Source of the DNA: Octopus sinensis
Lineage: Eukaryota
Length of the DNA stretch: 64,000 bases
Reading direction: 5' to 3'
Assembly: GCF_006345805.1 (NCBI RefSeq)
Contig: NC_043019.1
Location: forward strand, 496,001-560,000
Part shown: positions 25,228 to 40,266 of the stretch, one piece after another
How the letters are laid out: each line of letters starts with the position of its first letter
How positions within the stretch are numbered: position 1 is the stretch's first letter
Program-made: the position numbers and the translations under genes
Notes under the pieces: generated by a model
Told to the model about the DNA's origin: nothing
Seen by the model: the letters and a program-made list of their open reading frames with translations, nothing else
The model's database searches: none

Positions 25228-25391
25228 TGTTTATGTGAATAATATATAGTCTATTGACTAAACTTTTACACGCTAGGCCACTGGTAATGGAATTTTCTAA
25301 TATTACTGATTACCCTTTGATATTACTAATTATATACATACATATATATATATGCACATATATGTATATATATACATATATTATACATATA

Positions 25392-25437
<46 letters not shown>

Positions 25438-25740
25438 ATATATATGTATGTATGTATGTAATATATATATATATATATACATGCATACATATATATCCAT
25501 GTATGTAGATACATACAAATATATTAATAGACACATATACATACATACATTCATATATTATATACATATAATATATATAATATATATATATATATGGATA
25601 GATAGATAGAAAGAGAGATAGATAGATTCCTGGCGAGAGAGATATGCACATCATAGATACATACGACTATTTGATATGTATGTATATATATTATATATAA
25701 TATATATATATATATACATATATTTATGTACGTATGTATA

Positions 25741-25771
<31 letters not shown>

Positions 25772-27015
25772 TATTATATATATTATATATATACATATAC
25801 ATATATACATATACATATATACATATACATATATACATGCACTCATGCATACGCACGCACATCTATGGAGAAAAAAGAGAGTGATAGTGATCGATAAATA
25901 ATGAGCGACAAAGAACAAGAGAGTGAAAGAGGTTGAGAGAACTCACACACATATTTATGAACACAAATGCATACAAATACACAGGTTTACAAGATTATAC
26001 ACAATCATATATGTAATTACATATTCACACACTAGTTGCTTAGTATTATTTAAGCAACTCTATATTGTTCTTTCTTTTTTCTCAAGATCCTTCCTTCCTT
26101 CTTTCTTCTTTCCCCGTTTCTTTTCCCTTTCTTTCTTTCTTCCTTCCCTCCTTTCCTTCTGTCGTTTCTCTTTCGTTCTGTTCTGTATCACATAAAATAT
26201 TTATCAAGTTTTTATAAATCTGTCATATATATATTGGTGAGTTTTCTACGAATACATATGATTTAAAATATGTTCAATAAAATGCTGTCATCATATAGGG
26301 GGCACATATTACAAAAACGTAAATCTTCTGATATTTAGGTCTTATTTTCCCCCCAACCCCTCACCAAAAATGAAAAGAAATGAAATTGAGAAAATAAAAT
26401 AACATTAATTACATGATAATTATAACTTAGAATCGATTCTCACAATAGAAAAATTCCATATCTCAATTCACTGGAATTACACAGGAGAAATACTCCTGAA
26501 ATTAAGCATTTGTATTTCACTTTTTAGAATGATCAATTTAAACGAGAGCTTCTGAAATACAATCAATAAAGACATAAACGATCGTTTGTATATTATCACA
26601 CACACAATGATGCACACACAATGACACACATACATAGACACATTAATATATATATGAAGAGACACACAGAAGTGGGCGCATACAGAATATATCTTCCATT
26701 ATGTTTGAGTGAGTATACACAATAGGATGCGAAACAATTACGTATGAATATATACAGTTGTTTTAAATTCATTGTTTGTTGTTTTCATCGAAATAAAAGT
26801 ACTCACGTGCATCATTGTGCTATGTGTGTATGCGTTTGTGTGTGTGTGTGCGTGCATGTGTGTGTGTTTGTGTGTGTGTGAGAGAGAGAGAGTGTGTGTT
26901 TGTGTATGCTTGTTTGTGCGCATGCTTTATGTATACATTTGTATATAACTACTCGAACACGCACTCACTTGTACGTTCGGATAATTACATAGAAAAACAT
27001 AAAATCCACATATTA

Positions 27016-27046
<31 letters not shown>

Positions 27047-27066
27047 TTCTCTCTCTCTCTCTCTCA

Positions 27067-27104
<38 letters not shown>

Positions 27105-27550
27105 TGAATATAAAAATATAGATGATTATACCTTTCTGAATATACATCTGTGTGTAAATGTTCACGAGAGCGTACTTATATTTTCGCATTTCTGCACATT
27201 TTCGCATATTTGTTCGGGTATACCTGATAATATCAAATGCCGATTAAGAGAAATATGTAACATTGCTAGAGTCAATATTACCTTGCTAATCATTATCTTA
27301 TTATCTCCCAGCATTATTAAAAGCGATATATCGATTCGATTACATTTCGATTCTACCTGCCTCTCAATGAAAAATTTTCTACGCTGTATACATTTAATTC
27401 TTCAGTATTTGTATACATTCTCGGTCAGAGCAAGATGTTTCATGTCGGTTTGATGTATGACAAAATATGTGAAGTGTTAAAAAGCACACAGGAAAAGCGT
27501 CTTTTCTCTTTTTCTTAAATACCAGCCATGCATATTCTAAGTCTCAATAA

Positions 27551-28074
27551 TCTCTCTCTATATAAACGGCAGTTTGTTTGTCTGTGTGTCTGTGTGTCTG
27601 TCAGGTTGTACCCTCACCCTGACCACGGCTTTCAACCGATTCTGATGAAACTTAACACACACATAGCCCAATGTCATAATTCAAAACTAACGCAGCGAAA
27701 ATTTTGAAAAGTTCCCCCAGTTCTGTAAAGAATCGATAAATTCGACATGGGGGTCGAGAATCTAAGCTTTTCCTATGCAACACATTTTCTGTTGTAGTTT
27801 TCGCAACTTGCAATCGATTTTCACCAAACTCATGGTGAAGCTTAATGTTACCCTAAGAAACTTAATTCTGTCATTAGTTTTCCATGCAATACCTTACCAT
27901 CAGAAAAAATCGATAAAATCATGCCATTTTGGGAAATCGCGTTCAAATTCAAGATGACATATTTTCGACAATATCTTTCTCAAATTGGCAGGAATTTTTT
28001 TTTAATTCACAGCGAGCATCATGTCTGCTCCAGGGGCTCTTACATACCCGGGCAATGCCGGGCTATGCTGCTAG
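27551..28074 (+). mobile_element. Non-autonomous Helitron (second family)
   Basis: A|TC 5' end; hairpin cccgggcaatgccggg; CTAG|T 3' end. Confidence 0.88.
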
Positions 28075-28409
28075 TTACAATATATTACGCGGCTCACTAT
28101 ACAAGTTTTTCCTACCGCGGTGCTATTCGATCGTAAAACGGACAGTTGGTCTCATTCAAATCCTGTTAAATGATATATACGCATAAACACATAAATATAT
28201 ATGCAGTGCAGGCAATTTCAGGTAGCGGGTGAGTCTATCTTATCGACCTCAGTGCTAAACTGGAACTTATTTTATCGGCCCCGAAAGGATGACATGCAAA
28301 ATTGTCATCGGCGGAACTTGAACCCAAAACGAGGAGAGGGACAAAATGCCGCTAAGCATTTTGCCTGGCGTCCTAACGGTTCTACCATTTCGCCGCATAA
28401 CGACGACAA

Positions 28410-28484
28410 CAACAACAACAACAGAAAATAATAATAATAATAATAATAGTAATAAAATAATAATAATAATAATAATAGTAATAA

Positions 28485-28542
<58 letters not shown>

Positions 28543-28637
28543 TAATAATGATAACAACAACAGCAACAACAACAATAATAATAACAACATCAACAACAAC
28601 AACAACAACAATAATAATAATAATAATAATAATAATA
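28410..28637. repeat. (TAA)n/(CAA)n microsatellite
   Basis: Directly visible. Confidence 0.95.
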
Positions 28638-28847
28638 ATCCTTTCTTTTATAGGCACAAGGCCTGAAATTTGGAGGAGGAGGGCAGTCGATTACATCAAC
28701 CGCAGTGTTTCACTGGTACTTAATTCAACTACCTCGAAAAGAAGAGCATAGTCGACTTCGACTGAACTTGAACTTAGAACGTGAAGACGGACGAAAAGCC
28801 GCTAATCATTTCGCCCAGCGTGTCAACAATCCTGCCAGCTCACCGCC
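28636..28847 (-). mobile_element. SINE family D with alternative tail
   Basis: Reverse complement of the D head; tail aggccttgtgcctataaagaaaggattatt. Confidence 0.8.
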
Positions 28848-29454
28848 GTTTTTTGTAAATGTACGTATAAATATATATATACGCACGCGCACATAGCCTT
28901 CTACGCAGATGCATATCTTCGCAGTAAAGAAGCGACCGCAGTTTGAAAATACAGAGAATTGTATTCAATATCTGTTTTAATATAACTTATTTGTTTGATG
29001 TAGGCTTTTATATCAAATAAAACGAAGTTTTTACTGAAATTATTTTCAAGGATTGGTTCCAACGAGAATTCATTGTATCAGAACGATTTTTATAACTTGT
29101 TTTAGCATTTTATTGATGTTTGAATAATAAATTCTCCATTATTCAATTTTTGAAAAATTTTCACAATTTTATTTTAAGAAATCGCTGTTAACACTGCACT
29201 ATGAAAATGTTAGCGAAGCACAAATATATTAAAATTTATTGACAATCGGGAATTATGTTGAGGAATGGGAGGAAAAAAACCTGCTGTTTGCTCCGCTTTG
29301 GTTTTTATGTGATACATATTGTAGAGAGAATCGTTTGTTAATGTTCTCCCTAAAAAATTGTTGGTTAAATTTGTTGCTGCTTCTCTAGTTCTATCACGGA
29401 CCTACAATGTAATATTATGTAAGCGATAAATATCGAAATAAATCTTTAATAGGT

Positions 29455-29655
29455 AAGGCGGAGAGCTTGCAGATTCGTTATCACACCGGGCAAAGTACGT
29501 AGCGGCATCTTGTCCGTCTTCATGTTCTGAATTCAAATGCTTCCGAGGTCGACTTTGCCTTTCATTCTTTCGAGCCTGTTGAGCCCTGGTATCGATGTAA
29601 TCGACTAAAGCCCTCCCCCAAAATTACTGGTCATGTGCCAAAATTTGAAACGAAT
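29455..29655 (+). mobile_element. Diverged SINE family D
   Basis: gaggtcgactttgcctttcattc core. Confidence 0.7.
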
Positions 29656-30350
29656 AGTATAATAGGGCGTGGTGCTCACGATGCCAGGTCGTAGGTTCAG
29701 TTCCTGAACCGAGCGGCAACAAGTGTTCTTGACCCAAAACACTTCATTTCCCTTCCTCTGCAGCTGTGTGTGTTTGTGTGTGGGGTGACAGAATCGTAGG
29801 CAGGTCGGCAAAAATGCTTTATGGTGTATCATCCGGCCGCCTACATTCTGAGTTCAAATCCTATCTACCAAAAGGTGGTATCGAGAGATCACACTAGTAT
29901 ACATCTCAGAACTAGTCATCAAATTCCAGTATCTACATAACAGCAGCAGGGAAGGCTAGGGATCGATAGTAAAATTTTCCTTTTATGGCATAGTATGCAC
30001 CAAATTCAATAAAATTCTGAAGATTACTGTAATTACTATGCGTAAAATACAAAAATATTTTATTCTTTCGTAGATTAGGTAGGCATAATTCCCCCTTGCC
30101 TTTCAATCTCAGTATTAAAGCTACACGTAGTATTGCTGTAGTACACATGCTGCGTACATTCCTACAACACCGTTTTCTTTACATGCTATAAAGACAGAAG
30201 TAAATCTGCCTCAAACTCAGTCGTGCGCCTGTGCCTTGCATTTGTGTGTGTGTGTGTTTTACTACATAAACGTCAAAAATAGCCTACCCTGAGTAATTAC
30301 AGGCGGCACGTGTCTGGAATGAATGAATGTATATATGTATGTATGTATGT

Positions 30351-30815
30351 ATGAGAAATCTCTAGTTGCGCATGAGAAAGTAAGGAGGGATGTCAGGAAG
30401 GGCATCGCTGTTACATTTCTAGATGGGAAAGGTCTTCCTATGATGCTGACATGCAGTGTCTGTGCAAGACCCTGCCTCAGTAAAGCTGGACTAAAGAGTC
30501 ATCTTCGTAGTCATAAAGCGAGACAGATGAGTGACAACCTGGCCACTGGCGGTGGTGTAACATACCATACTAATCATATCTGTCGGGCATGTGGAAGAGA
30601 GTGTAATTCGGCAGGAGGACTTAAACGACATGCAAAGGTACATGAAGCCCAGTTACAACTACAGCCGGCTATTACCGGTAAAGGTTTTAGTTGCCAATTC
30701 TGTACAAGACGTTGTAGGTCTTTAGCTGGGCTAAAAAGTCACATTCGATCACAGCACCAATAACAGTTAAGCTTCGTGCAATGGCCATACTCGATAACGA
30801 GGGAGCAGCCATCAT
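30351..30815 (+). mobile_element. 5'-truncated RTE-like LINE 3' end encoding three C2H2 zinc fingers
   Basis: Open frame to stop at 30763: CSVC..KAGLKSHLRSH, CRAC..AGGLKRHAKVH, CQFC..LAGLKSHIRSQH; short 3' UTR ggccatactcgataacgagggagcagccatcat; embedded in (ATGT)n. Confidence 0.72.
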
Positions 30816-30864
30816 GTATATATGTATATATGTATGTATGCATGCATGCATGTATGTATGCATG

Positions 30865-30897
<33 letters not shown>

Positions 30898-31359
30898 CTT
30901 TTCAGATTTTATTCATTTAAATTCATCCCCTGAAAAAGATGTTGATTTGTAACAAAGATACAAAACTCCATCTTTAGAATGTCGGAAACGAAAACAATGC
31001 CACATTTTAAACCTGAGAGAAGTCTTGCAGAGTTTTACTATTCGGCTAACAGATAATTTTGTAATATGGGAATCAGTTGGTTGATTTCTTTTTCTGAAAA
31101 TCCACACTTATCCAGACAAACACTTAAACATTAACTTACAAAACCAAGTACTTCAACAAATATTATTGGTATAAATATAAAGTCATAAACCGGATATAGA
31201 AGCTGAAGGTTTCGAACCTGTTGTCCATAGTTATCTACAGTGTTTTGATTTTCTAAGAAATGTTCACATCAAGAGAAAATCTGACCTCTGTGACGGTAAC
31301 GTACTGTTCCTCGTCTGTATCAACACCATCGCATCAATTACCGCCTCCACCACCACCAC

Positions 31360-31398
<39 letters not shown>

Positions 31399-31998
31399 AA
31401 ACAACAACAACAACAGAAGCAACCACTACTACTATCCTCCCTATCATCATCATCATCATCATCATCATAATCACCTGAATATCAGACCAGCTATTATTCC
31501 AGTGCTGTAAATTTACGCAGTTTCTTCGCTCTGTGAATTAACAGAAGACATTTGCTTTATGGGAATTCATTTCCTCCAGCTTTGTACTTTCATTTGAGCA
31601 GTAATTCTCCTATGTGTGTATTCTTTTAATTATCAAATAAAATTTCAGAATAGTTCATTTATGTTTTTTTTTTTTTCCTTTTTACTTTATATGTGTTTAG
31701 TGAAAACAGTTTGGTTTGTATTGGAAATTCGTTTCTTGTCTTTGTAGTTTTAAGCTAGGTCCCACGATACAAGCCTCGTGATAACCAAAACGTTTATCGT
31801 TTATGTTTTACTGATTTCACTCACTGAACGGCGGCCATGCTGTTGCACTGTATTGGGGGCGTTAAGTCGAACTACCAGATCCATATTTGTGTTAGGATCT
31901 TATCGAGTTCCACTTTGTATGTCTTCCCACCAAGTGTGATGCATAGATTATCAATTTAAAGAGGGCTGCAGGCAAGATGCCCTCTTTTGTTGTATATG

Positions 31999-32077
<79 letters not shown>

Positions 32078-32180
32078 GTGTGTGTGTGTCTATCTATCTA
32101 TATATCTATTTATCTATCTCTCCTCTCTCTCTCTCTCAATCTATCTATCTACCTATATATGTATCTATTTATCTATCTCC

Positions 32181-32242
<62 letters not shown>

Positions 32243-32244
32243 TA

Positions 32245-32292
<48 letters not shown>
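31999..32292. repeat. (TATC)n/(CT)n/(TA)n microsatellite
   Basis: Directly visible. Confidence 0.95.
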
Positions 32293-32297
<5 letters not shown>

Positions 32298-32585
32298 CAT
32301 GGCCGCAGCTCTGAGCTGAAACTTTAAAAAAAATACATACATCTCCATATTTAGAGTATAATATAAGGTTTCAGAGCATCGCGTATTAACATACTACAAA
32401 ATACACAGCACTATTCACAGAACCGTATTCTCTTATAAACTTGAATATACAGAGAGGCTGCACGGTAACAAACAGTACAACACCCACACAGATATATGCA
32501 TACGTCCACATAAGTATAGAAATGCACACGAATATAAATACATGAAAAAACACACACAACTATATATAAACACACACAAACGCAC

Positions 32586-32642
<57 letters not shown>

Positions 32643-33009
32643 AATACATATGTGTATATATATACATATATGTATATATATACATATACATATATGTATG
32701 TATATACACACACACACACACATATATATACATTGGAAAATGTGTGAGATCCTTGCTACAGTTAGGTATATTTGAAGAATTATTTCACTGGTAGTTTTAA
32801 TGTGTTTAATTTACTATTAAAAAAAAATTTAATAATATAGTTTTTACACTTTATTTCATAAATCTAGTTCCATGAACTAAAGTATAAAATTTACATTATC
32901 AAAAAATTACAAAATAATAAATTAAACTTATTAGAACATACCTGTAAAGTCATTCTGTTTCTTTTTTCATATATATATATATATATATATGTATATACGT
33001 GCATATATA

Positions 33010-33166
33010 CGACGAGCTTCTTTCAGATTCCGTCTACCAAATCCACTTACAAGGCTTTGGTCGGCCCGAGGCTATAGTAGAAGACACTTGCCCAAGGTGC
33101 CACGCAGTGGGACTGAACCCGGAACCATGTGATTCGTAAGCAAGCTACTAACCGCACAGCCACTCC
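33010..33166 (-). mobile_element. SINE family A, 5' half
   Basis: Reverse complement of the family A head. Confidence 0.9.
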
Positions 33167-33201
33167 TATACACACACATACACACACAACACACACACAC
33201 A

Positions 33202-33276
<75 letters not shown>

Positions 33277-33721
33277 TCATCCATGCCGTATCTTGGATTT
33301 TTTTAAACATTTTTTTACTCTATTCATTTTTTTAATGTCTATTATGACAACTTTATACATATTTATCTATTCCTGCTTCATATTAACATCAAATATGGTG
33401 AATTATTCGAACTTAGATCTAGCACATTAATTTTTTACCTTGGTGTATGTATCTAATACCTTAATGTACACATATATATATAAGTATACACATACATGTT
33501 TGCAAACACACACTCATATATACTTATTTAGATATGAACAAATTTTACAAATAAATGAACATGTACATATATAGAACAACATAAGTGCAAACAGACATGG
33601 CTGTTTTAATATACACATATAAATACACATCCTATAAACTTTTACTTACAGAAATGCATATATATATGTGTGTGTGTACTGACACCAGTTTGTGGGTAAA
33701 TATATACATTCATATATACAT

Positions 33722-33793
<72 letters not shown>

Positions 33794-33807
33794 ATAGATA
33801 TACAGAC

Positions 33808-33860
<53 letters not shown>

Positions 33861-33867
33861 TACAGAC

Positions 33868-33924
<57 letters not shown>

Positions 33925-33931
33925 TACAGAC

Positions 33932-33984
<53 letters not shown>

Positions 33985-33997
33985 TACAGACAGATAA

Positions 33998-34064
<67 letters not shown>

Positions 34065-34072
34065 GATAGACA
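33722..34072. repeat. (GATA)n array with recurring gatatacagaca interruptions
   Basis: Directly visible. Confidence 0.95.
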
Positions 34073-34697
34073 TATACAGGCGTACAAATGCGTAGGTATA
34101 CATATTTCAATATATAAAGAATGTGTATACAGACTCATATAAAAACGTGGTATAAAAGGATAGTCATTCTATAATGCATAAAAAGTAAACACTTCTATGA
34201 AATTATGTTTGTTAACTGGACTATAAAAGTAAATATAACGTATCATGGTTAATAATAAAAAGGAAAATATATCTAGGATAGTAACAAGCATACATTCACA
34301 GAGGCTTTATTGTGTAGAGTTACCGAACCATGTTATAATCTGAAGAGTATGTAAAAAACAGTTCAGGCAATAAATATGAATATAATAGACTAAAATGTTA
34401 TACATCAGTGATTAATAATTATATTTTGCAAATAGCAGAATATCAGAATACGGTTTAATGCATTATCAATTACTTAGGAAAGACTGAGTTATATTCAGCC
34501 AAGGTAGGGAATTATTCAATCGTATTGACCTATGAAATGACGTTTCCGAAATATTGAAAACAATAATTACTTCTAGCATGAGCACAAGGCCAGAAAGTTT
34601 TGGAGGGTTTTGTTGGATGTCATAGAAATCTGTAAAAAACTGGCAACTTACGAGGGCTTGCTGAAAACTTCCTGGCTTTTGATAAAAAAAAGAATAC

Positions 34698-34869
34698 AGG
34701 CGTAGGAGTGGCTGTGTGGTAAGTAGCTTGCTTACCAACCACATGGTTCCGGGTTGAGTCCCACTGCGTGGCACCTTGGGCAAGTGTCTTCTACTATAGC
34801 CTCGGGCCGACCAAAGCCTTGTGAGTGGATTTGGTAGACGGAAACTGAAAGAAGCCCCTCGTATATATG

Positions 34870-34902
<33 letters not shown>

Positions 34903-35095
34903 TTGTGTCTGTGTTTGTACCCCCAGCATCGCTTGACAACTGGTATGTTTACGTCCCCGTAACTTAGCGGTTCGGCGAAAACTGATAGAATAAGTACTAG
35001 GCTTACAAAGAATAACTCCTGGAGTCGATTTTCTCGACTAAAGGCGGTGCTCCTGCATGGCCACAGTCAAATGACTGAAACAAGTAAAAAAAAGA
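34698..35095 (+). mobile_element. SINE family A, full length
   Basis: Complete structure. Confidence 0.92.
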
Positions 35096-36364
35096 GTGAA
35101 GATGAGTTAATTATGATTCGCACACTTATTGCAGCGGTCTCTCTGCTTTTCTGAGCTCTGTAAAAGAACCCGAAAAGTTTGGCCTTTCTCGATACCCTTA
35201 AAGCAGGGAGCTTTTTAGCATCCCTCGTATTTCATTGCCCCCCCTACCCAGAAAAATGTATATGTGTGTGTGTGTTTATGGATATATGTTTTCATGTGAT
35301 ATCAGTGTGGAGTGATTTGCAATAAAAAAGATACATTGGGGAATTTACATCTATCTAGATTATATCATTTTGTCCTAAGGTCGATTAGGTCTTCGTTTAT
35401 CAAGAGATGAAGATATAAGATATAAGATGTTGTATGCCAGCAGCAATTCATTTCACCCGGTGCTCCAGTATGATAGCTGTCCTATAATTAAACCAATCAG
35501 AGATTAAATTCGATCAGTTTACAATCTGATTGTTCAATTCATGTTAGCTGCAACATTGTTATACATACATACATACATACATACATACATACATAGATAC
35601 ATAGATACATAGATACATAGATACATACATACATACATGCATACATACATACATACATACATACATACATAAACACATACCGATACATACGCATACTCAC
35701 GCATTCGAACATATATAATGCGGGGAATCATATCTTCTCAGAATACATTTCGGTTTTATTGAGCGAATCTTTGCCGTTCGATAACAAATCCATCTATTCG
35801 ACCGAATTCGTTTTCCTTTAATCTTAGCTTCGGTCAGCCTAAACAAATCGATCGATCACGATAGTTTATTAGTTCCGAGCTTTTGAGGTCCTCTCTTTCG
35901 ACGTTTCCCCATTCATAAGCTTCTCTCTTTCTATATAATTGTCTATGATCTCCCAGCAGTTATAATTGTCTTCGGTTTTCCATGATGTAGATAAACAGGA
36001 GATTAGTTTCCTAATTGTTCCAAGCTCCGCTTTCATGATAACACGTTTATCAATACCACATTTAACCTTTATATCATTTCCCGTTCTTAGTTAATATCTA
36101 ACTTCTTAATAATCCTTTTCCTGCTGGCATATTAGATGCTACCAATGGGGTTGGTGGTGTGTAATCTTTAATACGGATATTATCTAATTCATTATGACTT
36201 TATGGTTCGGTTCATTCACAAAGGATCAATAACATACATTGTTGTACGTAATACATACACACACACACCTCATCTCTTCCTCATTCTTTCTCTCTCTGCC
36301 TCTCTCTACCACTCTCTTTCTCTCTTTCTAATACATACATGAACACACACAAATGCAATATATA

Positions 36365-37169
36365 CGTGGTCTGAACAATAAGTATCAGGACTGTTGCCAT
36401 AATAACGAAGCTGGAGTACACAGGGTAAAGCCGCTTGACACAAATTGACCTTGAATGCTGCTGTGCATGCGCACTAAGTTTTGACGTTCTAGTTGACTTC
36501 TGCTGTTTACAAGTAGTGATTCGATGGAAGGTGTGTAGAGTGAAATCGTCGCATTGAACATGACGGAGAAAGTTGAGCAGAGAATCTGCATCAAATGTTG
36601 CTAAAAGCTTAGCGATACCCGCTCGGACACTTACGCAATGTTTTCAAACAATTTTCATCGTTCTCGACACAATCAAGGAGATCTTGTGCAACTGAAACAG
36701 TGATAATGGACTGAACTCAACCGTAACTAATCTGCATATCCTATTATAACTCACGGATGGTGTTTCGGTAATTTCCCCTCTGCGATGCTTGTCTCAGTCC
36801 TGTTGGTTGTGGATCTTTCAGAACTTTCGTCAATATCGACATTTTTTTCGGCCATCTAGGAAACCACTAAACCATTCTTAAACTCGTATGCAACTCATAC
36901 ACTCCTCTCCATACACTTTCTGCAACTTTGGGAGGGCATCTGAGCAGGTGTCACCATGACAACGTTCTCTGCTATGGTCAATGCCACGATCACATGCTAC
37001 ACATCTTCCTTCGAAGCACTGCTGTAAATAGCGGAAGTGAGCTAGAACGGTAAAACTTAGTGGGCGTGAAGAACAGAGTTCAAGGTCAATCGTTGCCAAG
37101 CGGCTTTACTCTGCATGCTGTAGCTTCTTTACTGTGCCAACAGTCCTGATAGTTATTGATCAGACCTAG
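36365..37169. mobile_element. Mariner-derived element made of two inward-facing 5' ends
   Basis: TA-flanked ~48-bp TIRs; MTEKVEQRICIK (+) and KLQKVYGEECMS..EWF (-) are both transposase N-terminal motifs. Confidence 0.8.
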
Positions 37170-38239
37170 TATATACGTGTATACACACACACACGCACAC
37201 ACACATATATATATAAAGTAAAAAAAGAGTGAAGAAACTACAAAAGGCTTGTATTATAAGGTTAAAGAATATATTTAAGTCGTTCTGTTACCAAAATATT
37301 ATAAAATTTTGTGTATAGTAACATAGTTTTTGGAGAAATAAACGGTTTCGTATTTTCTTTTCAAATTTCCCAAAACAAAATGTTTGAAAAGGATTTTAAT
37401 ACATGCATTCAATCGTTTCGAAGAGCTTTATAAAACATGTAAATAATATGGCAGAATAATTAAAATTAATTAAATTAGATTAATTAATTACAAGTCACTG
37501 TTCTCCTCAGTGCAGAAGTAAAACATAAAAAAATTATTATTATTATTATTATTACTACAGAAAACTATATGGAGGAAAATAGCAAATAACATATTCGTAT
37601 ACACATATTATATCCTTATGAAAAATTAAGAGCATACTAAATGAAAGGTGTCGAGTCTGATGCGGCTAACAGTTATTTGAAAATATATGTGAAAGATCTT
37701 TAAGAAACGTTCCCTCAATATAACTAGGTAATTTATCTACACTCCAAAAAAATAAGTTGTTTATGATAGTGAGTTAAATAGAAGTGTCCAATGGAAGCAT
37801 AGTTATGTTAGAATTATGATATGACTTGACAGTTATAGTTAATGTATAAGTAATATTAAGTATGGTGTATATTTAAAGAAATTATTTAAAAAAAGGAGAA
37901 TTTTTTTGTGCGAAAATAAAATAAAGACTAGTGAATATAGTTTATAATGGGCTACTTGAATGCAAAACGAGTGAACGGAGTTATTGTTTATATATGAAAA
38001 ATATTTTTAGTGTAAAAGCTTATATTTATTTGTGTGATTAAATATAAGATAAAGAAATAAAACTAGAAGACTAACTGTTAGTATTACACAATTAAGATAG
38101 TAAATATTTGCTGTTGCTAAGAAAATTGAAGAGAACGATCAAGGAAATGATAGATATTCAGAGGATGAGATATTAACGATGTAGGGAAGATAAAGCAGAG
38201 ACGAAGATAAAAAATATTTATAAAAAGCTATAATTATCG

Positions 38240-38484
38240 GTGTGGTAAGTAGCTTGCTAACCAACCACATGGTTCCGAGTTCAGTCCCACTGCGTGGCAT
38301 CTTGGGCAAGTGTCTTCTGCTATAGCCCCGGGTTGACCAATGCCTTAGCGGTTCGGCAAAAGAGACCGATAGAATAAGTACTGGGCTTACAAAGAATAAG
38401 TCCCGGGGTCGATTTGCTCGACTAAAGGCGGTGCTCCAGCATGGCCGCAGTCAAATGACTGAAACAAGTAAAAGAGTAAAGAGT
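38240..38484 (+). mobile_element. SINE family A lacking the central microsatellite region
   Basis: Direct join ccaatgcctt|agcggttcgg. Confidence 0.9.
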
Positions 38485-39034
38485 ATTCGATATGTTTTTG
38501 CATAAAGAATAAAATATGAGCTGAGGATCTAGCTTGGCATAAAACAAGTAAGAAGTCTAGATTAGTATTATATAATTAATAATTCTATAACTGCTATAAA
38601 GTTATAGTAAGTTGAGAGTGTAAGACATTTTTTTTTGTTTATTTATTAGTAATGGGTGCAAATAAATATATGAAAAAAAACAACGGAATATAATTCGTAT
38701 ATAAAAAAAAATCTTATGAAGGAGAGTAATTTATATTGTATACTGATACTTTTACAGGTAACATATTTGCGAAAAAAGTATACATGGGTTTACGTATTCT
38801 AGCTACTTTGTATGTTATTATTTTTTGGGGGTGTATGTGGCAGAGACGAAACCGTAGGTGAATCAGAATATTTATACCGGAGTAAAGATAAGGAAAGAAA
38901 AAAGAGGGCAAAATTACGACTCAAGGTATAATTATATATTATAATTACAATTACACACATATGAAAAAAGATGTTATTATATAAATAATATATACATGCA
39001 TGTATATTTATTTGTATGTATGTCTATATGGGTG

Positions 39035-39060
<26 letters not shown>

Positions 39061-39067
<7 letters not shown>

Positions 39068-39332
39068 ATCACGTGACCGACCAGACCATCAGATGTTGTT
39101 ACGCATCGCTGGTCACAATGCGTTCGTATTGTTTTAGCCTTCGAATGACGCCACCCCGCTGGCTAAGCGAGCAGGCCAACAGAAGAAAGAGTGGGAGAAA
39201 GAGTGGTGAAAGAGTACAGCAAGGATCACCACCCCCTGCAGGAGCCTCGTGGAACTTTTAGGAGTTTTCGCTCAATAAACACTCACAACGCCCGGTCTGG
39301 GAATCGAAACCACTAGGCCATTGCGCCTCCAC
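39061..39332 (-). mobile_element. tRNA-derived SINE, head B + tail 2
   Basis: Homolog of 12163-12466 with a deletion in the head. Confidence 0.9.
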
Positions 39333-39352
39333 ACACACACACACACACACAC

Positions 39353-39421
<69 letters not shown>

Positions 39422-39860
39422 ATATGTATATATGTGTTATGAATGTTGGACATACTACATTTGCAATCATTTCATAAATTAAATATAAATCATTGTTAAC
39501 ATATAACTAATAAGCAACATTAGAAATAATAATAATGTTAAAGAAATAATGATATTAATAATGATAATAATAATAATCATAATAATCATAATCATAATGA
39601 TAGTAAAATGATAATATAAAATGGTAAATAAAAAACGATATCTATAAGTGCATACATTTTGTAGACAATTTGGGTACCAAGAATTACTATTATATATATA
39701 TGTATACATATATTACCAGTAAGATGTAATTAAATATCCGGTAGAATGGCAGGTAACCTTAAACTATAATAATTGGAATAGATAAGAGAGGTAGGTTTTA
39801 AAGTATATATCATGCAAATGGAATAAATTACAAAGAAAGAAAAAAGAAAGGAAAAAATAT

Positions 39861-40266
39861 AGTGGCTGTGTGGTAAGTAGCTTGCTAACCAACCACATGG
39901 TTCCGGGTTCAGTCCCACTGCGTGGCATCTTGGGCAAGTGTCTTCTGCTATAGGCCCGGGCCGACCAATGCCTTGTGAGTGGATTTGGTAGACGGAAACT
40001 GAAAGAAGCCTGTCCTATATATGTATGTATATATATGTATGTGTGTGTGTGTGTGTGTGTTTGTGTGTCGCCCTACCATTGCTTGACAACCGATGCTGGT
40101 GTGTTTACGTCCCCGTCACTTAGCGGTTCGGCAAAAGAGACCGATAGAATAAGTACTGGGCTTACAAAGAATAAGTCGTGGGGTCGAGTTGCTCGACTAA
40201 AGGCGGTGCTCCAGCATGGCCGCAGTCAAATGACTGAAACAAGTAAAAGAGTAAATGAGTAAGAGT
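39861..40266 (+). mobile_element. SINE family A, near full length
   Basis: Complete except for the first few bases. Confidence 0.92.

Noticed and set aside
27636-27660. CTGATGA hammerhead box
   Set aside because: Followed directly by aac with no stem II or stem I; it is part of a Helitron internal motif.
30323-30763. Host C2H2 zinc-finger gene
   Set aside because: The start Met lies in an (ATGT)n microsatellite, linkers are not TGEKP-like, and the fingers and short tail look like an RTE LINE end.
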